NCBI GenBank assembly: GCA_051362555.1 | Contig: CM120643.1 | Span: 28,586,848-28,650,847 of the forward strand | Reading direction: 5' to 3' | Origin: Lingula anatina | Lineage: Eukaryota > Animalia > Brachiopoda | DNA length: 64,000 bases | Position numbers and translations under genes: made by a program | Shown: positions 50,607 to 64,000 of the stretch, one piece after another | Numbering within the stretch: the stretch's first letter is position 1 | Layout of the letters: every line of letters begins with the position of its first letter | The notes under the pieces: generated by a model | Databases searched by the model: none | Seen by the model: the letters and a program-made list of their open reading frames with translations, nothing else | What the model was told of the DNA's origin: nothing

Positions 50607-53600
50607 CCTGATGGTTCTGATACTGGTCTTGGCATGTCAGATGGTTCCTCTCTGAAATACATGAACAATAAGTTTATCATGACATTTGCACACTTTTGTT
50701 TTTACTGTACAAGTCAATAAACATGTCTTGTCTTATCATGTAGACAATTATGAAAGAGCATATAGTGTGTTATCTTTCAAAACTGTATGCATGTGTGTGT
50801 GTGTGTGTGTGTGTGTAAGAATATATAGCCTGTAACCTTCATGTTAGCCATTTAAAATTGTGCCCGTGTGCATGCATGCCCGTATGTGTGTCTGTGTGTG
50901 TATTCGGAGACATAACCATATGCATACTACACTATCTTCCATCAGTAAAAACTCCACATATAACAACATTCCCACAGGCCCTCAACAGATCGTATACACT
51001 AAAACTTACAGCACGCTACGACATTATCACTGGCCCAAAGATAACTGCCAGTTAAAATCAGAACTGGACCAGGAATATTTCTATAGATTTGTTGATTTGG
51101 ACATGTTGATCCTTTGACTCTGGCGTTTGACAGGTAGTCTAACATGTATAGTATGTCACATATCCCGTTAAAGCACAGCTTTATCATTTCATTTACTTGA
51201 CTCATAAAGTGATGCATTACCCAAAAGTTTTATTTAAAGCACATCACATGGGGGATGGTCATATGGGGAAGACCCCTTTCCAACACAAAAGACCCCTCAT
51301 TGCCCTTCGGAATATAAGACAACCAGTTAACAATTGCTTGGTGATCTAGTTTAAAACACATCTGTCATAAAAGGATCAAATAAGGGCATTGAACCCCGAA
51401 CCTGGTGCATCAAGCTAAACAGAAGATAGATCATACTGTCTGAAGCAATCTTTTTATCCATCTTTGCAACACAAATCTTAACATTTTGTGGCATAAAATA
51501 AAGCCAGGTGATCCACGTGTGGCATTTCCAGGAGAAAAGAAATTTTTAATAGAAGAGTTTTCAAATTATCAGGACCATTGACTAGTGAACAAATAGTGGA
51601 ACTAGTGAACAAATTCATTTAAACATCGGACAAATGAATGTTGTATGAAATACAGTCTTTAACATGAAACTATAACTACCATTTAAAGTAACAAAAATAT
51701 ATTAACGTGTTAGTACATATCTAAACAAAAGAGCTGTGTAAAGCTTCTTGTAAGTACCATATCAACCAAGAATCAGCTTGTGACATCACGGGTACAGTTT
51801 ACCTCTCCCTCCACAAAAATAAATGAAAAAACACTACAGAAATCAAACCCAAAGCTCTCCTCCATCTTACCATGTTAAAGCTGTCAGGAAATTAGGGGCT
51901 GTCACTTGAAAAATAAACCATCATCAAATATCATATTAGACAATCATTAGTTTATATTAGACTCATTACCCTTGTCTCGTGGAAAATAATATATTATAAA
52001 GAGAATTTAAATTAGTGCATCAATATCATAACTGTTACATTTTTTCCTATCAATATTCTTCATTAATAACAGGAAAATAAAGCTAATTCTTCCAATATAC
52101 CACAAACACCCAATTCAAGAAACTGGCAATACCAGTATATGTTGAAAGAAAAAACAGTATTCCATTATAATTCATAATTCAAAGGTATATTTATAGATGC
52201 CCCATTTAACATTTGCAGTTATTATCAACCTCTTATGTCACTGCATCACGTCACCTCCAAAGGAAAGGAGGCTTTGGGTGCCGCACAGTTGCCTCCACTC
52301 TGATTTTTAGCCACTGTTGGAAGAAACTAATTCAGTTAAAATTTGAGCACCATCCTATAAGTTAAACCCAGCTGATGAAATTCCTTGCTGAATTCATAAC
52401 ATGCTTTGATACCAATTCCAAGAGAAAAATATAACGCCATTATAAACAAACGTCAGGATATATGTATTAAATTGTCAAATAGAGGTCGCCACTGTCTGGT
52501 ACTGCACTTGTCTTCTCAAGTTCGTAACTTTTCTTTTATACCTCTTTGAGAATCATGAAAATACCAAGTATTTTAACATATTATCCAACTTTTGATTAAA
52601 ATAGACTAAATTTAATTGTCATCATAAACCAAAGTAATCTAAATAAACATAAGTCTAAGTCAATCATACATAAAAAATAAACATGACCACCTACCACCTA
52701 CCATCATTTTAATGATGTTTTCATCTACTAGAAATTTGATTTTTACAAGATGTAATTTGTTTTTATAAGATACTAAAATTAGACGATTATTTTTCTTTAA
52801 AATCCACTGTGCATACAGCACAACATGAAGCAGCACAATGAACTGGACTGGCTGACTTTGAGAGGTACTCGTAGAGTGTGCCCTCTGGTGGCAGAAATGA
52901 GAATCATGGTGGCTTGGGTTATATCTTTGTGGGATGCTTAGCAAGTGGATTCTAGAAACAAAAATGGTTAATACAAAAGTTTTCACTTTTACCAAAAATT
53001 ATGCTAAAATTTTTGAATGAAATGTGAAGGGACTTAGATGATCTAGACATTATTTCAGGCTAAATAGATTTACTCATATTAAAGAAATAACAATAAAGTA
53101 TTAACTTATGATTATTTAATAGAAGATGGTGAGGACTCACTGACCAGTTAAACAGTGAGCCAGAACAATCAGGTGCCATAGTGGGTTTCATAGTTTATCT
53201 TGGAATTTAAATCCTATTATTGATAGTAACTTACTTTTAGGAATGCTTACCAGTATTTACTGTAAAGAAAGACAAAATACACCATTTGCATTGAAAGTTT
53301 CTTTATTTTAAACAACATTTCAACCTCAGTAAGTTTCGTTTTTTAATTATATGAAAAAACACTAGTTTTTGTGGAGTAACAATAAAAAAAACTTGCTTGA
53401 GATAGCTTTAAATAGAAGAAAAAATAATAAAAGTTGGCAGTTCTGCAAAAATGTTTGGAATATCTCAATTACAGTTTGCTCTCAGTCAGTCCGGTACTGT
53501 GGAGAGGCACCTGCATTGTGAAGTGACATTTAAAAGAATTTTGATCTGTGGTTGTTTTCCCCAGCAGTGGACTGTCAAACCAGAGATAGCCCTTCACACA

Positions 53601-55856
53601 TTCCATGCTCACTGAGCCTGACATATCACCCTGAGTTTCCTAAGGCTTCTTTCCTAAGACTTTTCTCTATAATAAGTCAACATGTGGGCTAGTTTGACTA
53701 AATAGCAAAATGTTTGGTTTAAGTTTGAGACTGAAGACTTAAGTCTTTTTCTTTTAATCTGTAGTTGTTCGCCACTTAAAATAAATTAAATTTAATCGTT
53801 AGTCTAAATTTTCTAAAACTTTTCATTAAACAGACTTAGCATTTAGTTTAAGTTGGCTACCACTGGTTTGTCATTCAAGTATCCTTAAGGTTTATTATAA
53901 ATCTTAAAACTAAGACCAACGTTTTGTCTGAAATTCCTTATTGCCTTACCCCTTGTGATGTACACAGGGAAGAGATGTTTCTGACCATCTGCAGATTTCT
54001 GACTTTTTTAAAGCCAAAATTAGGATTGGCCTGGGCCCTGGACCTCACTCCATATTTCCTGAAATTTTCACTAAATGGCAGCCTCATCCTTGTGTAAAAC
54101 TACATGTAGGCAAGAGGTTGGCTGCTATCTATATAGCCTGACTCTCAGGGTGAAAATGTCCAGCTCTTTTTTTTTTTTCTACACCAAATATTTCCAGATG
54201 ACATCCACCTGTGTGTTATCAGGCAGTAGGCGTGAGGGGAGGGTGTTTTTTTTTCCTGATTCATTTTGAGACTTAGTCAACCAACAAAACATGTATGCTA
54301 CAAGACAAGGGTGGACCTGTCATTTCTTGACATGAAAAATTTAACTTTATTTCTGCTTTAACTAAAGTTAAGGGCTAGTAGGTAAAGCCTTGAAGAAGGT
54401 TAAATTGTGGAAAGATTTTTTCCTTGGTATGACATGAACTTTGTTCGGTCTAAATCCAAAAATTTGACAGCTTGAGGGAAATTTTTTAAAGAGTTTTGGT
54501 TTTTCTCCAACTTAAGTCCAAATAAAATTTTTCTTAAACTTACTTTACTAAAGGAAAGGAATGTTAAGGATTGGATAATAAAGCGCAAAAATGAAGAGAT
54601 TCAATTGGACTTGCAGTTGTCATAATCCGACTTAAAGGCGCTGAATTACTTTAGAAAAGAAGCAAATGCCACTGGAATACCACATGCTTTTACTAAGTGT
54701 CAAATTTTTTTCTTTAAAAATAGTTTGGTAACCAGCTTTACCAGTTTTTTTCATCCCACTAGTGTCTTAAGTAAAAACCTCACAAGAGGTGTAAATATTT
54801 TGTAGCAACAGCCGTCAGTGAGGGTATTTATTTTGTAAAACATCCTTATTACGTATTCCAAGGCCATGCATTGACGCAAGTTTTTAGTAAACTGTGTTTT
54901 GCTGTCTGAACACGGATTATCACATAGACTTCCTTGGAGTGTTTTGTCTTTACTTGATAATTTTCACGTTTGGCGAAGAGTTGGATATTATGTAGTGTGT
55001 TATTAAGTGAGTACTTGTTTTTTATAAATGTTCTCATGCAGTAAGAGGATCTCTTCTGTGTACAGTTGATAAAGTATATGTATCTTAGAGGTGGCAACTT
55101 ATATTTATGAAGAGTTTCAACATCACTTCATTATTCTGGTATTTTGGTTTAGGATCAGATTCTAGTACTCTGTTGTTATAAAGGTGTTTTCAGTTATAAC
55201 TATAAATTCTGATATTTGAGCTTGTCTTTAAACCACGTGACCTCCATTGATGGCTATACTCTGTTAAAATCTCTTAAGAGATTTAAACAAAAAACCAAAC
55301 TTTTTAGAAAAAAACAGGGACTAACTTTGAATGTAAAAATGGATTAATTAACCATTGGTAAGTATGGGAAAATTGTTGTTTACTCCAGGAAAATTCATTT
55401 TTTGGCCGAACGAAGAGTTATTATCCCTTTAATCTAAACGCCTGACAGGAGCCAGTGGAGAGGCTAGCATGCGGAGCATGTGTGGTGGGTGGAATGACAC
55501 TGCTCACGTTTAAAAAATGTGTCTCCTTGCTGGCCTGTGACACCTGACCCCATGATGACCGCCGACCCATGTGGTCACTAAGTGGATGTAGAGACACTGG
55601 ACAAATTGTGGTGTATCTAATGCAAAATCATGGATTTTATAGACCTTTAAATCAGGAAAATGGTATTTAAAATTGGACATTGATTTTTACGTTAAGCATC
55701 TGGACGCTTTGTTCCACTTAGAGTGAATGTGATTTTGATACTCCACTTAGGTCTGGCTGTGAATATTTTAATGTTGAAGCACACTGGATTACTGCTACTG
55801 ATCTTAAACTAGTGGATTAATCTTGAAGGACTTCCCTACTCTTTTATCTAGTTTTC

Positions 55857-58696
55857 ATGTTGAGTACGTTGGTAGCCATCCTCATATATACCAGAGAAGA
55901 TCTGCTCCAAATACGACAAGCGCCATCGGCCTCTCTATCGACATTACAAGCGGGAAATTTGGATTACATCTGTCGTGACATCGGAATATCAAGGGCCTCC
56001 TCACAGCGAGAAACAAAGAACGGGCGGAAGCGCGGTAAGCGAGGAGGGCATCTAGTGAAATTAAGGCAAAGAAAGCAAAGAACTCCGTTGCCAAGCATTA
56101 TTCTGTCAAATGTTCAGAGCCTTTACAATAAAATAGAGGAAATAAACTATAGGATATTTAACTATCGGGACTATGCAGACTGCAATGTCTATTGTTTCAC
56201 CGAGACATGGCTAACGGAAGATCATCCCAGCGACTGCTTACAACCACCGGGTTTCTCAATATTCAGACTCGATCGAAATAAAGAGTCTACCGGTAAAAAA
56301 TAAGGCGGCGGAGTTTGTTTTCTTGTGAATGACAGATGGTGCATGGATGTTAAAATTGAGACCCATTTATGCTCGCCGGACCTTGAGTATATTACCATCA
56401 AATGCAGGCCATTCTACTTGCCTCGGGAGTTCCCATGCATTTTCATCACGGGCGTTTATATTCACCCCAAGGCGGATAATAAACATGCTATTAGGACTTT
56501 GTCATCAGTCATTTCGTCAAAGGAAAACTCCCATCCAGACTCAGTTTCCATTATCCTAGGTGATTTTAATAGGGCTAACCTGCAATCAGCTCTACCAACT
56601 ACCGACAATACATTACATTCCCCACAAGGGGCAATAACGTACTGGGCCATTGTTATTGTGCGACGAAGAATGCCTACAAAGCAATCAAGTGATCGAGCCT
56701 TGGAAATTCGGATCACTGCACTGTATTACTGATACCTGTCTACAGAACTGCGTTGAAAAGTGCGAAACCATTATCTCGATTCGTGAAATCCTTCTCAAAG
56801 TCTGCGATAGACAGCTTGCATGATTGCTTTGAATCCACTGATTGGGCAGCCCTTAAATCGGACAACAGCATCCATGACTTCACTTTAGTGGTAACTGAGT
56901 ACATCAAGTTTTGTGAAGAGATCTGCATTCCTTCTAGGACTATTAAGCAATACCCGAACACTAAACTGTGACAAGAACATAAAGAATCTTATAAAAGCTA
57001 AAGACCAAGCGTGCCGTGAGAAAGAAACAAATGTTGCAGCATATCGTAAAACAAAATTGGACCTAAAAATTGCCATCAAAAAAGCAAAGAAAAAGATTAA
57101 TTCAAAAATCGAACAGAAATTCCAGTCCAATATTGCAAAGGATCTCTGGGACAATATCGCTCTTGTCACACAGTATAAAGGGTCCAGACGTGCCGTTTAT
57201 ACAGAGGATTCCACACTCCCTAACAAGTTGAATGAGTTTTATTCTCGTTTTGATAGGACCAACCACACTCAGGTCCACACACCAACCCTAGGGGAGCGCA
57301 TGCCGCCATTTACTATTCAATCATGGCAAGTCAAGTGTTATTTCTCGGCTTTAAACACCAGGAAAGCTCCAGGCCCTGATGGTATAACATCACGACTTTT
57401 GAAGGAATGCGCAGCCCAGCTTTCAGATGTGTTCGCGGAAATATTCAACTGGTCAATTGAAATGTGCAGAGTGCCTGAAATATGGAAGACAGCAACCATC
57501 ATACCTGTGCCAAAAAGTAAAACTGTAGAGAATTTAAATGATCTCCGTCCTGTTGCTTTGACACCGGTGCCTATGAAGATATTCGAAAAACTTGTTTTGT
57601 CTTTTATTAAAACTATAGTGCCAAATAGCTTTGATCCACTCCAATTTGCCTACCGCAGTAACAGAAGTGTAGACGATGCTCTTTCTATGTGTTTACACAA
57701 AGTTCTCGAACATCTCGATTGTAAAAATGCCTATGTTAGAATTTTATTTGTTGACTATAGCTCAGCATTTAATACTATTGTACCAAGCAAATTGTATTTT
57801 AAACTTTTGGATGATCTTAATTTTCCACCAGCACTCTGCGATTGGATTTTAGATTTTCTTTTAAACAGAAAACAGTCAGTAAAAGTCGGTTTTAACTTCT
57901 CGGACACTATAGTCTTAAACACTGGCACACCCCAGGGCTGCGTCTTATCACCTTGTTTATATACCTTATTCACCCACGACTGTGTGGCGAGGGAGGAAAA
58001 TACATTTTTAATGAAGTTTGCCGATGACACAACTTTAGTCGGCTTGATACACCATAATGATGAGATGTCATACAGGCAGTCGGTTACAAGTTTAGTAAAT
58101 TGGTGCACAGACAATGACTTGATATTAAATGTGAGCAAAACAAAATAAATGATCATAGACTTCAGAAGAAATCAGATAAGTAAAAAATCCCTTGGAAGTT
58201 AACGGTAAAGCGGTTGAACAGGTTTCTAATTATAAATTACTAGGGGTTCAGCTGAATAATAGGTTAACCTGGGGCGATAACATCACGAAGCTATTGAAAA
58301 AGGCACGTCAACGAATGTATTTCTTAAGGAAATTGAAAGCTTTTACCAGAAATGTGTTTATTTTAACGAACTTTTACAGGTGTGTTTTAGAGAGTATTTT
58401 CACTTATTCAGTAACTGTTTGGTATGGACGTGCAACTGTGGAGGAGAGGAACAAGTTGGAAAAGATCGTCGAAACTGCAGGGATTGTAATTGGAACAGAT
58501 CTAACTCCCGTCCATACTATATATCTAGACAGGACTAAAAAGAAAACATTATCAATAATGACAGACAGTTCCCATCCAGCCCATACCCTTTAAATTTTTA
58601 CCTAGCAATTCGAGACTCTTAGCTTTTAAGGGAAGTAAGCGATTTTTAAATAGTTTTTATCCTTCGGCAGTAACTATTCTTAACTCTAATATGTAA
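55857..58696 (+). mobile_element. Rex1/Babar-type LINE (APE endonuclease + RT), near full length, inactivated
   Basis: YTREDLLQIR..RKRGKRGG..LPSIILSNVQSL, CFTETWL, CRPFYLPREF, GDFN, KAPGPDG, RPVALT, VDYSSAFNTI, GTPQGCVLSP, KFADD. Stops at 56301 and 58146 plus several frameshifts. Confidence 0.9.
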
Positions 58697-59052
58697 TTTT
58701 CATTTTCATTCTTTATATTTCAATGGCGCTACTACAGGGCAAAAGATTCCCAATTTTATACATTTGTATTTTATTGTCTTAATATATTATTATTAAAGGA
58801 AAATGGCGATTTCTTTCAGGTAATGATGATTGTCTCCATATTGATATAGGACTGTGATAAATTGATTGCTGTGGACTTGTCTTTAAACGTGGTCCCACCA
58901 AGAGAAGGATAACATTTTTGTTACAGAAGAGCTGGGATATTAACAGGTTATTAAAATGCCATTGGGCATGGTACAAGTGAGCAGTCTGCATATGGAAAAA
59001 TATGACGATTGAGATGCAGGGTGGATAAGACAGGTTTGAAAACTGTGACATT

Positions 59053-59085
<33 letters not shown>

Positions 59086-61673
59086 CAGTTGTAAAATTAG
59101 AATAATTGAGCGAGCAGATGGCTTTCTTAAAGGAAATCCAGTTTTACATTTACCTGGAGTAAAGTGTCAATCTGCATGAAGATATTTTAAGGAGACCCTT
59201 CATGTAGTTGGATAACTAATTATGGTTCCACTGGATCGAATATGGATATGGATACTTAAAGATAACTCTTCAAAAGGCTTCATGTATTGTTTTATAAGGT
59301 AGTTGGGTATCCAGGTACTTGTAGACTTATAATAATCTGGTGCTTTATTCTAAGGACATGAGGGAAAGATATTGTATTGACATTTGCACTGACATTTACT
59401 TCATGACACCAGTGACAGCAGTTTCTTGGGACTCCTGTTTACATGAACCCAGTGAGAGGATACTTTTTCTGAGATCCTGTGTGGGGAGGAAGATTCAGCA
59501 GTGACATTAGCAGGGATAGTTATTCTGTGATAGTATTGACTTTCTTCTGATTGTAAAAGGTTTATGATCTCTTATGTCCTGCCATCACAGTGACACTGAG
59601 TGAACATTGGTGGTGCAGGTATTTTCAGCCTGGAACCTGTGAGTACCATACAGTATTTGACAGTGGTGGCCATTTCATGGTACCGGCAGGGCCCAGTGGT
59701 CAGTGTCCTGGGTGCCAAGAGTGACCATTACTCTGGCCCATAGCACTGACTGATAAACTACCAGAGTCCAGGAGATACTTTCAGGATTTGGTGTCATCCA
59801 CCAAGATTACCATAACTTATCTTGACTGTTCACAGGCTGATTTAGTGACATTACAGATGTTATTTAATGCTTGGGTTGTGACTTGTTATTGATGTGTCAG
59901 TGACGTGACTGTCACATCCTCACAAAAGTTTTGTCACTTTTTTATCATATATGTGGTGACATACTTGAATTGACATACTGTGGTTAAAAATTACCGACTT
60001 CATGTCATTAGTCTTGAATGTCCTCATATCAAATTTAAATAAACAATTCTGATGATGAACATTTTTATTATTTATACCACTGTCATCATTATCATTTTCA
60101 CTAAAAATGTCATCTAAAAATTTACCATAATCTGTGCCTCAAAACATCTCAAAATAATTTCAACAAAATCTGAAATCAAGCACATTCAACTTACTTGTGC
60201 TTCTGTTGTCTCTTTCTTTGGTCCCTCCCGAGCTTTCTCCACCACTTCCACTGACCTCTCAGGACTATTACGATATCCCTCCTGGAAACCTGCATGCCTG
60301 CCCTCTACAGGCACGTCCGTTTGGACATAGGTTATTTATCAACCACTAACCCCCCTTATCACCCGACTTCAAATAGAAGCAGCCTCGTGGCCTGATGCAT
60401 GCAACTACGGAATATTACCTCAGTCTTGGGGATATTTTGACATTTGGTCATTGATCAACTCAAACAGAGTACTCGCACAAGAAACATTTGACCATTAAGA
60501 GGTAGGTACTCTTACATGATACCGAGCTGAGGATGAAAAATTCTAACATCATCTTAGGGACTTATGTGTATGAAATAAGGCTTGAATTATTAAACGTCAG
60601 AGAAAAGTTATAAAGAAAAAATACAGTGGTGACTAGCTGTGATTTCACGTATTTATAGTATCAGAATGTGAAATGTGATTAGAGCTAGTTTCACAATGAA
60701 CCTCATAATGAGGAGGGTCAGTAGATCTACCCCCCCTTCTGTGTTGTTTGAGACTGCATTATACCAGGGAGATAAAAAATTCAAAGTGTACGTTTTTCAA
60801 AAAAAAAATAATAATAATAAAAAACACCCAATTCTGGCAAAGTAAAACGCGTTATCCAAAATCTTACGTACTTCCTGATACACAGTGTATGTCATATGGC
60901 CTTGTAGTTATTTTATCATATCGTTAACTTCCCAAGACACACGGTAATCAAGAAGATGTGGTCATATGTTTTCTACATGTGTCTCGTTGTTCCTCTGGCG
61001 CGGCCTACCCTCTGCAAAGACGAGGAGGACAATATGCCGAAAGATCCGTCCCCTCAATCAAAGGCTGATTTACATGTAAGTACATAAGCTAATTGTTTAT
61101 TTGTTCACTTTTCATTAATATTAATAAATTACTGATGTGTGTCTCATTTTTGCGAGCTTGCTAAGAAATTTGATGTTTTCAAAGATCCAAGATAACCTAG
61201 ATATTCATAAAGTTTCATCAGTTTGGATGTTGATAGCAGTTGAAATTCCAGTTTGTCAGTTAAAATACTCTATTTTGGAGTTGGTGACAAAAAAAGTATT
61301 TTTATACCAACATAACTTAGTTTATTCTTCAGAATGAGACTCCTATATCTGTCACTCGCGAACCAATGTTAATGATGTTATGATGATCTTCCAGCAGTGT
61401 TTAAGCTATTCCAGTCAAATGTCCGGTGTGAAAGTATTATAAGTGCTCAAGAAACGGAAGTCCCAAGGACATATATTACTGTCTGACCTAACCTCCTTTC
61501 ACATATACACAGAAATGGAAGTGTTGCGTTATTAATGCCCGTACTGTACAATTATAATAAACACGAAGCGATAAGTATCGGTAATTTTCGTTCGGTTGGC
61601 AGCAGCGGCAACATAGGCCCATGGTTAAAGAGAGAACGAAGTCCACATTGTCAACATCGATGTTACTCACTAT

Positions 61674-61874
61674 GGGTGCTTTCCCAGAGATTTAGATCGA
61701 CTTAACTCCCTGGGGGTTCAGGCTAAATTGCAGTCAGCCGAGCGGACACCATATTTAATTACCCCCTTACAGCTTTTAGTAGGCGGGACAGACGCTTAAG
61801 CCGGCCAAGCTGACAGTAATCTAGTGAGACTCCCCACAGGGATAGATCGAACTAAAAATCTATGGAAATGGGGT
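61674..61874. mobile_element. MITE (copy 2 of the 31293-31514 family, opposite orientation)
   Basis: Reverse-complement similarity along the whole length to 31293-31514. Confidence 0.75.
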
Positions 61875-62509
61875 GTATCTATAGCTTTATTAAAGAGCCT
61901 ACCTCCCATTCCACTCTGTCATTTCAACTAACAAAAAATGCATTTTAAAACCAAAATTGTTATGCAAGTAGTATTTTTTGATGTGGCAAGATTTAAATTT
62001 ATTTTATTTAAATATCAGGATTTTTCTTAAAACGATGAGGCGTGACTCTTTAATATTTGATATTAAAATAGTCCTTTAAAAAATTATCGAGAGGCATTAC
62101 ATGTCTCATGATTTCTACATCTATACTTCCAAAATGCAAAGAATTAAAATGACTGAAACATTCTGGTACCATGCAGAGCCAACCTGCCAAATATTAATGG
62201 AGAATATGAAGACAAATAGTGGAAACAGAAAAGATAACAGCTATATTACTTTTTTATCCTTCATATGATACGCGTTTCCTCTTTAGTCTCAAACTGTATA
62301 TGTCACTGTTGTATATGGTGCGAGGCCAAACCAAAAATGAGGCACTTATTTAAGGTGAAGGAAACGAGATATTTTCTCAATTTTTAGTCTTTTTTTTAAA
62401 TATCGTAAAAATATTAATTCTAAAACAAAACAAAAAAAAAATGACGGGCCATCTATTAACATCGGGTGGGGAACACATGTCCAACAAGGTCATTGTTACC
62501 TATCTGCAG

Positions 62510-63392
62510 GACTAAGAAAACTAAGGAATGGGTGTCCGCAGTACTTTTAATATCAAATCATCTCCCAGGGCATGCGTGTCCTAGGAATTGGAGACCTAGG
62601 ACAAGTATTCCCAGGACTAAGTGTCGACGAGACACTCATTTCTATACAACATACATGTACATCCGTTCTCTTCAACTTCCCTGGGATGGAACTACAGGGA
62701 GTACACATCTACTGTAATGTCCCTATTTCACACAGACCACGAATCCCACGAATCGACAGGTATTGACAAATTTCAGGATTCGTGAGGATTCGTGAGATTT
62801 TGCCAATTTTCTGGTCTAATTCGACACGCTCTACGATTCAGTTACGATACAGGTGCGATAGTGATACGAATATTCGTGGGATTAGGCTGGCATCGCACGA
62901 ATATTGTCCAGAAATTCACTACGATTTTTTGGAATCGGGAGTTCGTGGCTAAAATTTTGAACAGCTCAGAATTTTTGCCACGAATTCCCGATTGATCAAG
63001 AATTGCAAGAACTGACTACGATTATATATGTATCTGTTAAGAACTTCACGAACTGATTACGAATCCTGAAATTTGTCAGTTCGTGGGATTCGTGGTCTGT
63101 GTGAAATAGGGGCACCAAAGTTTTTGCCACGAATTCCTGTTGGTCAAGAATTGCAAGAACTGACTACGAATATATACGACTCTGTTAAGAACTTCAGGAA
63201 CTGATTACGATTCAACCACGAATCCTGAAATTTGTCAATTCATGGCGATTCGTGGGATTCGTGGTCTGTGTGAAATAGGGGCATAACCGAGTGAAGCGAA
63301 TAATAGTTCTGTTTCATGCGACCCATCTCATCAACTTCATTGCCAATTCAGAATTTTACTTTACATTATCAACATCAAATCTTCGACCCTAG
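62510..63392 (+). pseudogene. Probable TIR-domain coding remnant interrupted by a MITE
   Basis: After removing 62718-63286 and allowing one frameshift: KEWVSAVLL..ISQGMRVLGIGDLGQVFPGLSVDETLISIQHTCTSVLF..MELQGVHIYCNRVKRIIVLF. This resembles the TIR pattern (EWV..LL, G.RV.I.D..F.PG.S..E, ELQ...RIIVL). Confidence 0.45.
62718..63283. mobile_element. PIF/Harbinger-type MITE with a duplicated right end
   Basis: TIR TGTCCCTATTTCACACAGACCACGAATCCCACGAA; inverted copies end at 63114 and 63283; TAA at 62715-62717 and 63284-63286. Confidence 0.85.
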
Positions 63393-64000
63393 GTCAACAG
63401 AGCTGCAGTTTGGAGAAATGGAAATCAAGAAGCATGTTTCTTCCAAGGAAGTCAACGTCGACAATAGCACTGACGTGGACACCGACGAAGTGGACATCGA
63501 GACAGATGAAGTCCAGCGTGTTAACGGAGGTATACTGACCAGCGTCTCCGGGCACGTGCAGGTGTTTGACAGACCAGCTGAGCAGGTAGATTTTATTTGA
63601 TGTAGCAGCACTATAGATATGAAGAACCGTACTAAATTAACCAAATATGTCAATTGAATGTTTGTGAAAAATGTCCTGTAGCTACTGATAGTTCTGACAA
63701 ATTTTATGAAGCCTCAATCTACAAAGTACAGTCAAACGTACGTTTGAAGCATCATTTATTACTATTTGTCTTGGGCTCGCTCCTCGGGTTAAAAAGAGAT
63801 CATGGAAATTTTCATCTGATGGATATTTTACATGCAAACCACAGTATATTGTGCATTGAATTTTGCAGATAGATGAAATATAACAACATTGAACACAAAT
63901 CAAATGCTAGTCATGTTATAGGATATGCGCATATATTTAAAATTTAATATTGCATAGCGTTGGTAAAATTTAATATTAAAATCCCCTCAGGATGACACCA

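Noticed and set aside
52876-52896. CTCF-like motif (TGCCACCAGAGGGCAC on the minus strand)
   Set aside because: A single motif match in 64 kb, lying within a probable decayed exon; cannot be supported without binding data.
58800-59900. Coding-like composition after the LINE
   Set aside because: All frames tried contain stops and no motif was recognised.
62572-62610. MRVLGIGDLG resembling the malic-enzyme ILGLGDLG motif
   Set aside because: Flanking sequence does not fit malic enzyme; the wider context fits a TIR domain better.

Overview
AT-rich eukaryotic (animal) genomic DNA with spliceosomal introns. The gene families suggest a marine invertebrate, probably a lophotrochozoan or mollusc, but this is inference. 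The main feature is an apparently complete 13.95-kb Foldback-type DNA transposon (6550-20500). It has a 9-bp target-site duplication (TAATGTACG) and 1.1-1.3-kb inverted arms built from nested tandem repeats. It carries a spliced NOF/Mutator-like DDE transposase whose C-terminus, after two introns are removed, is a USP (peptidase C19)-fold cysteine protease. Around it lie several genes that the ORF track misses or splits: a 70-aa secreted single-EGF peptide with a G-KKK amidation signal, a decayed inverted paralogue of it, a Diedel-like Cys-rich secreted protein, an SMB-domain surface protein, a Gal-3-O-sulfotransferase, a frameshifted TRIM-NHL gene and a MITE-interrupted TIR-domain remnant. 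Other mobile DNA includes a Penelope-like element with a minimal hammerhead ribozyme, a Rex1/Babar-type LINE, an RTE fragment, a pogo-like deletion derivative and several MITEs. All family assignments come from motif recognition by eye; no database searches were run.
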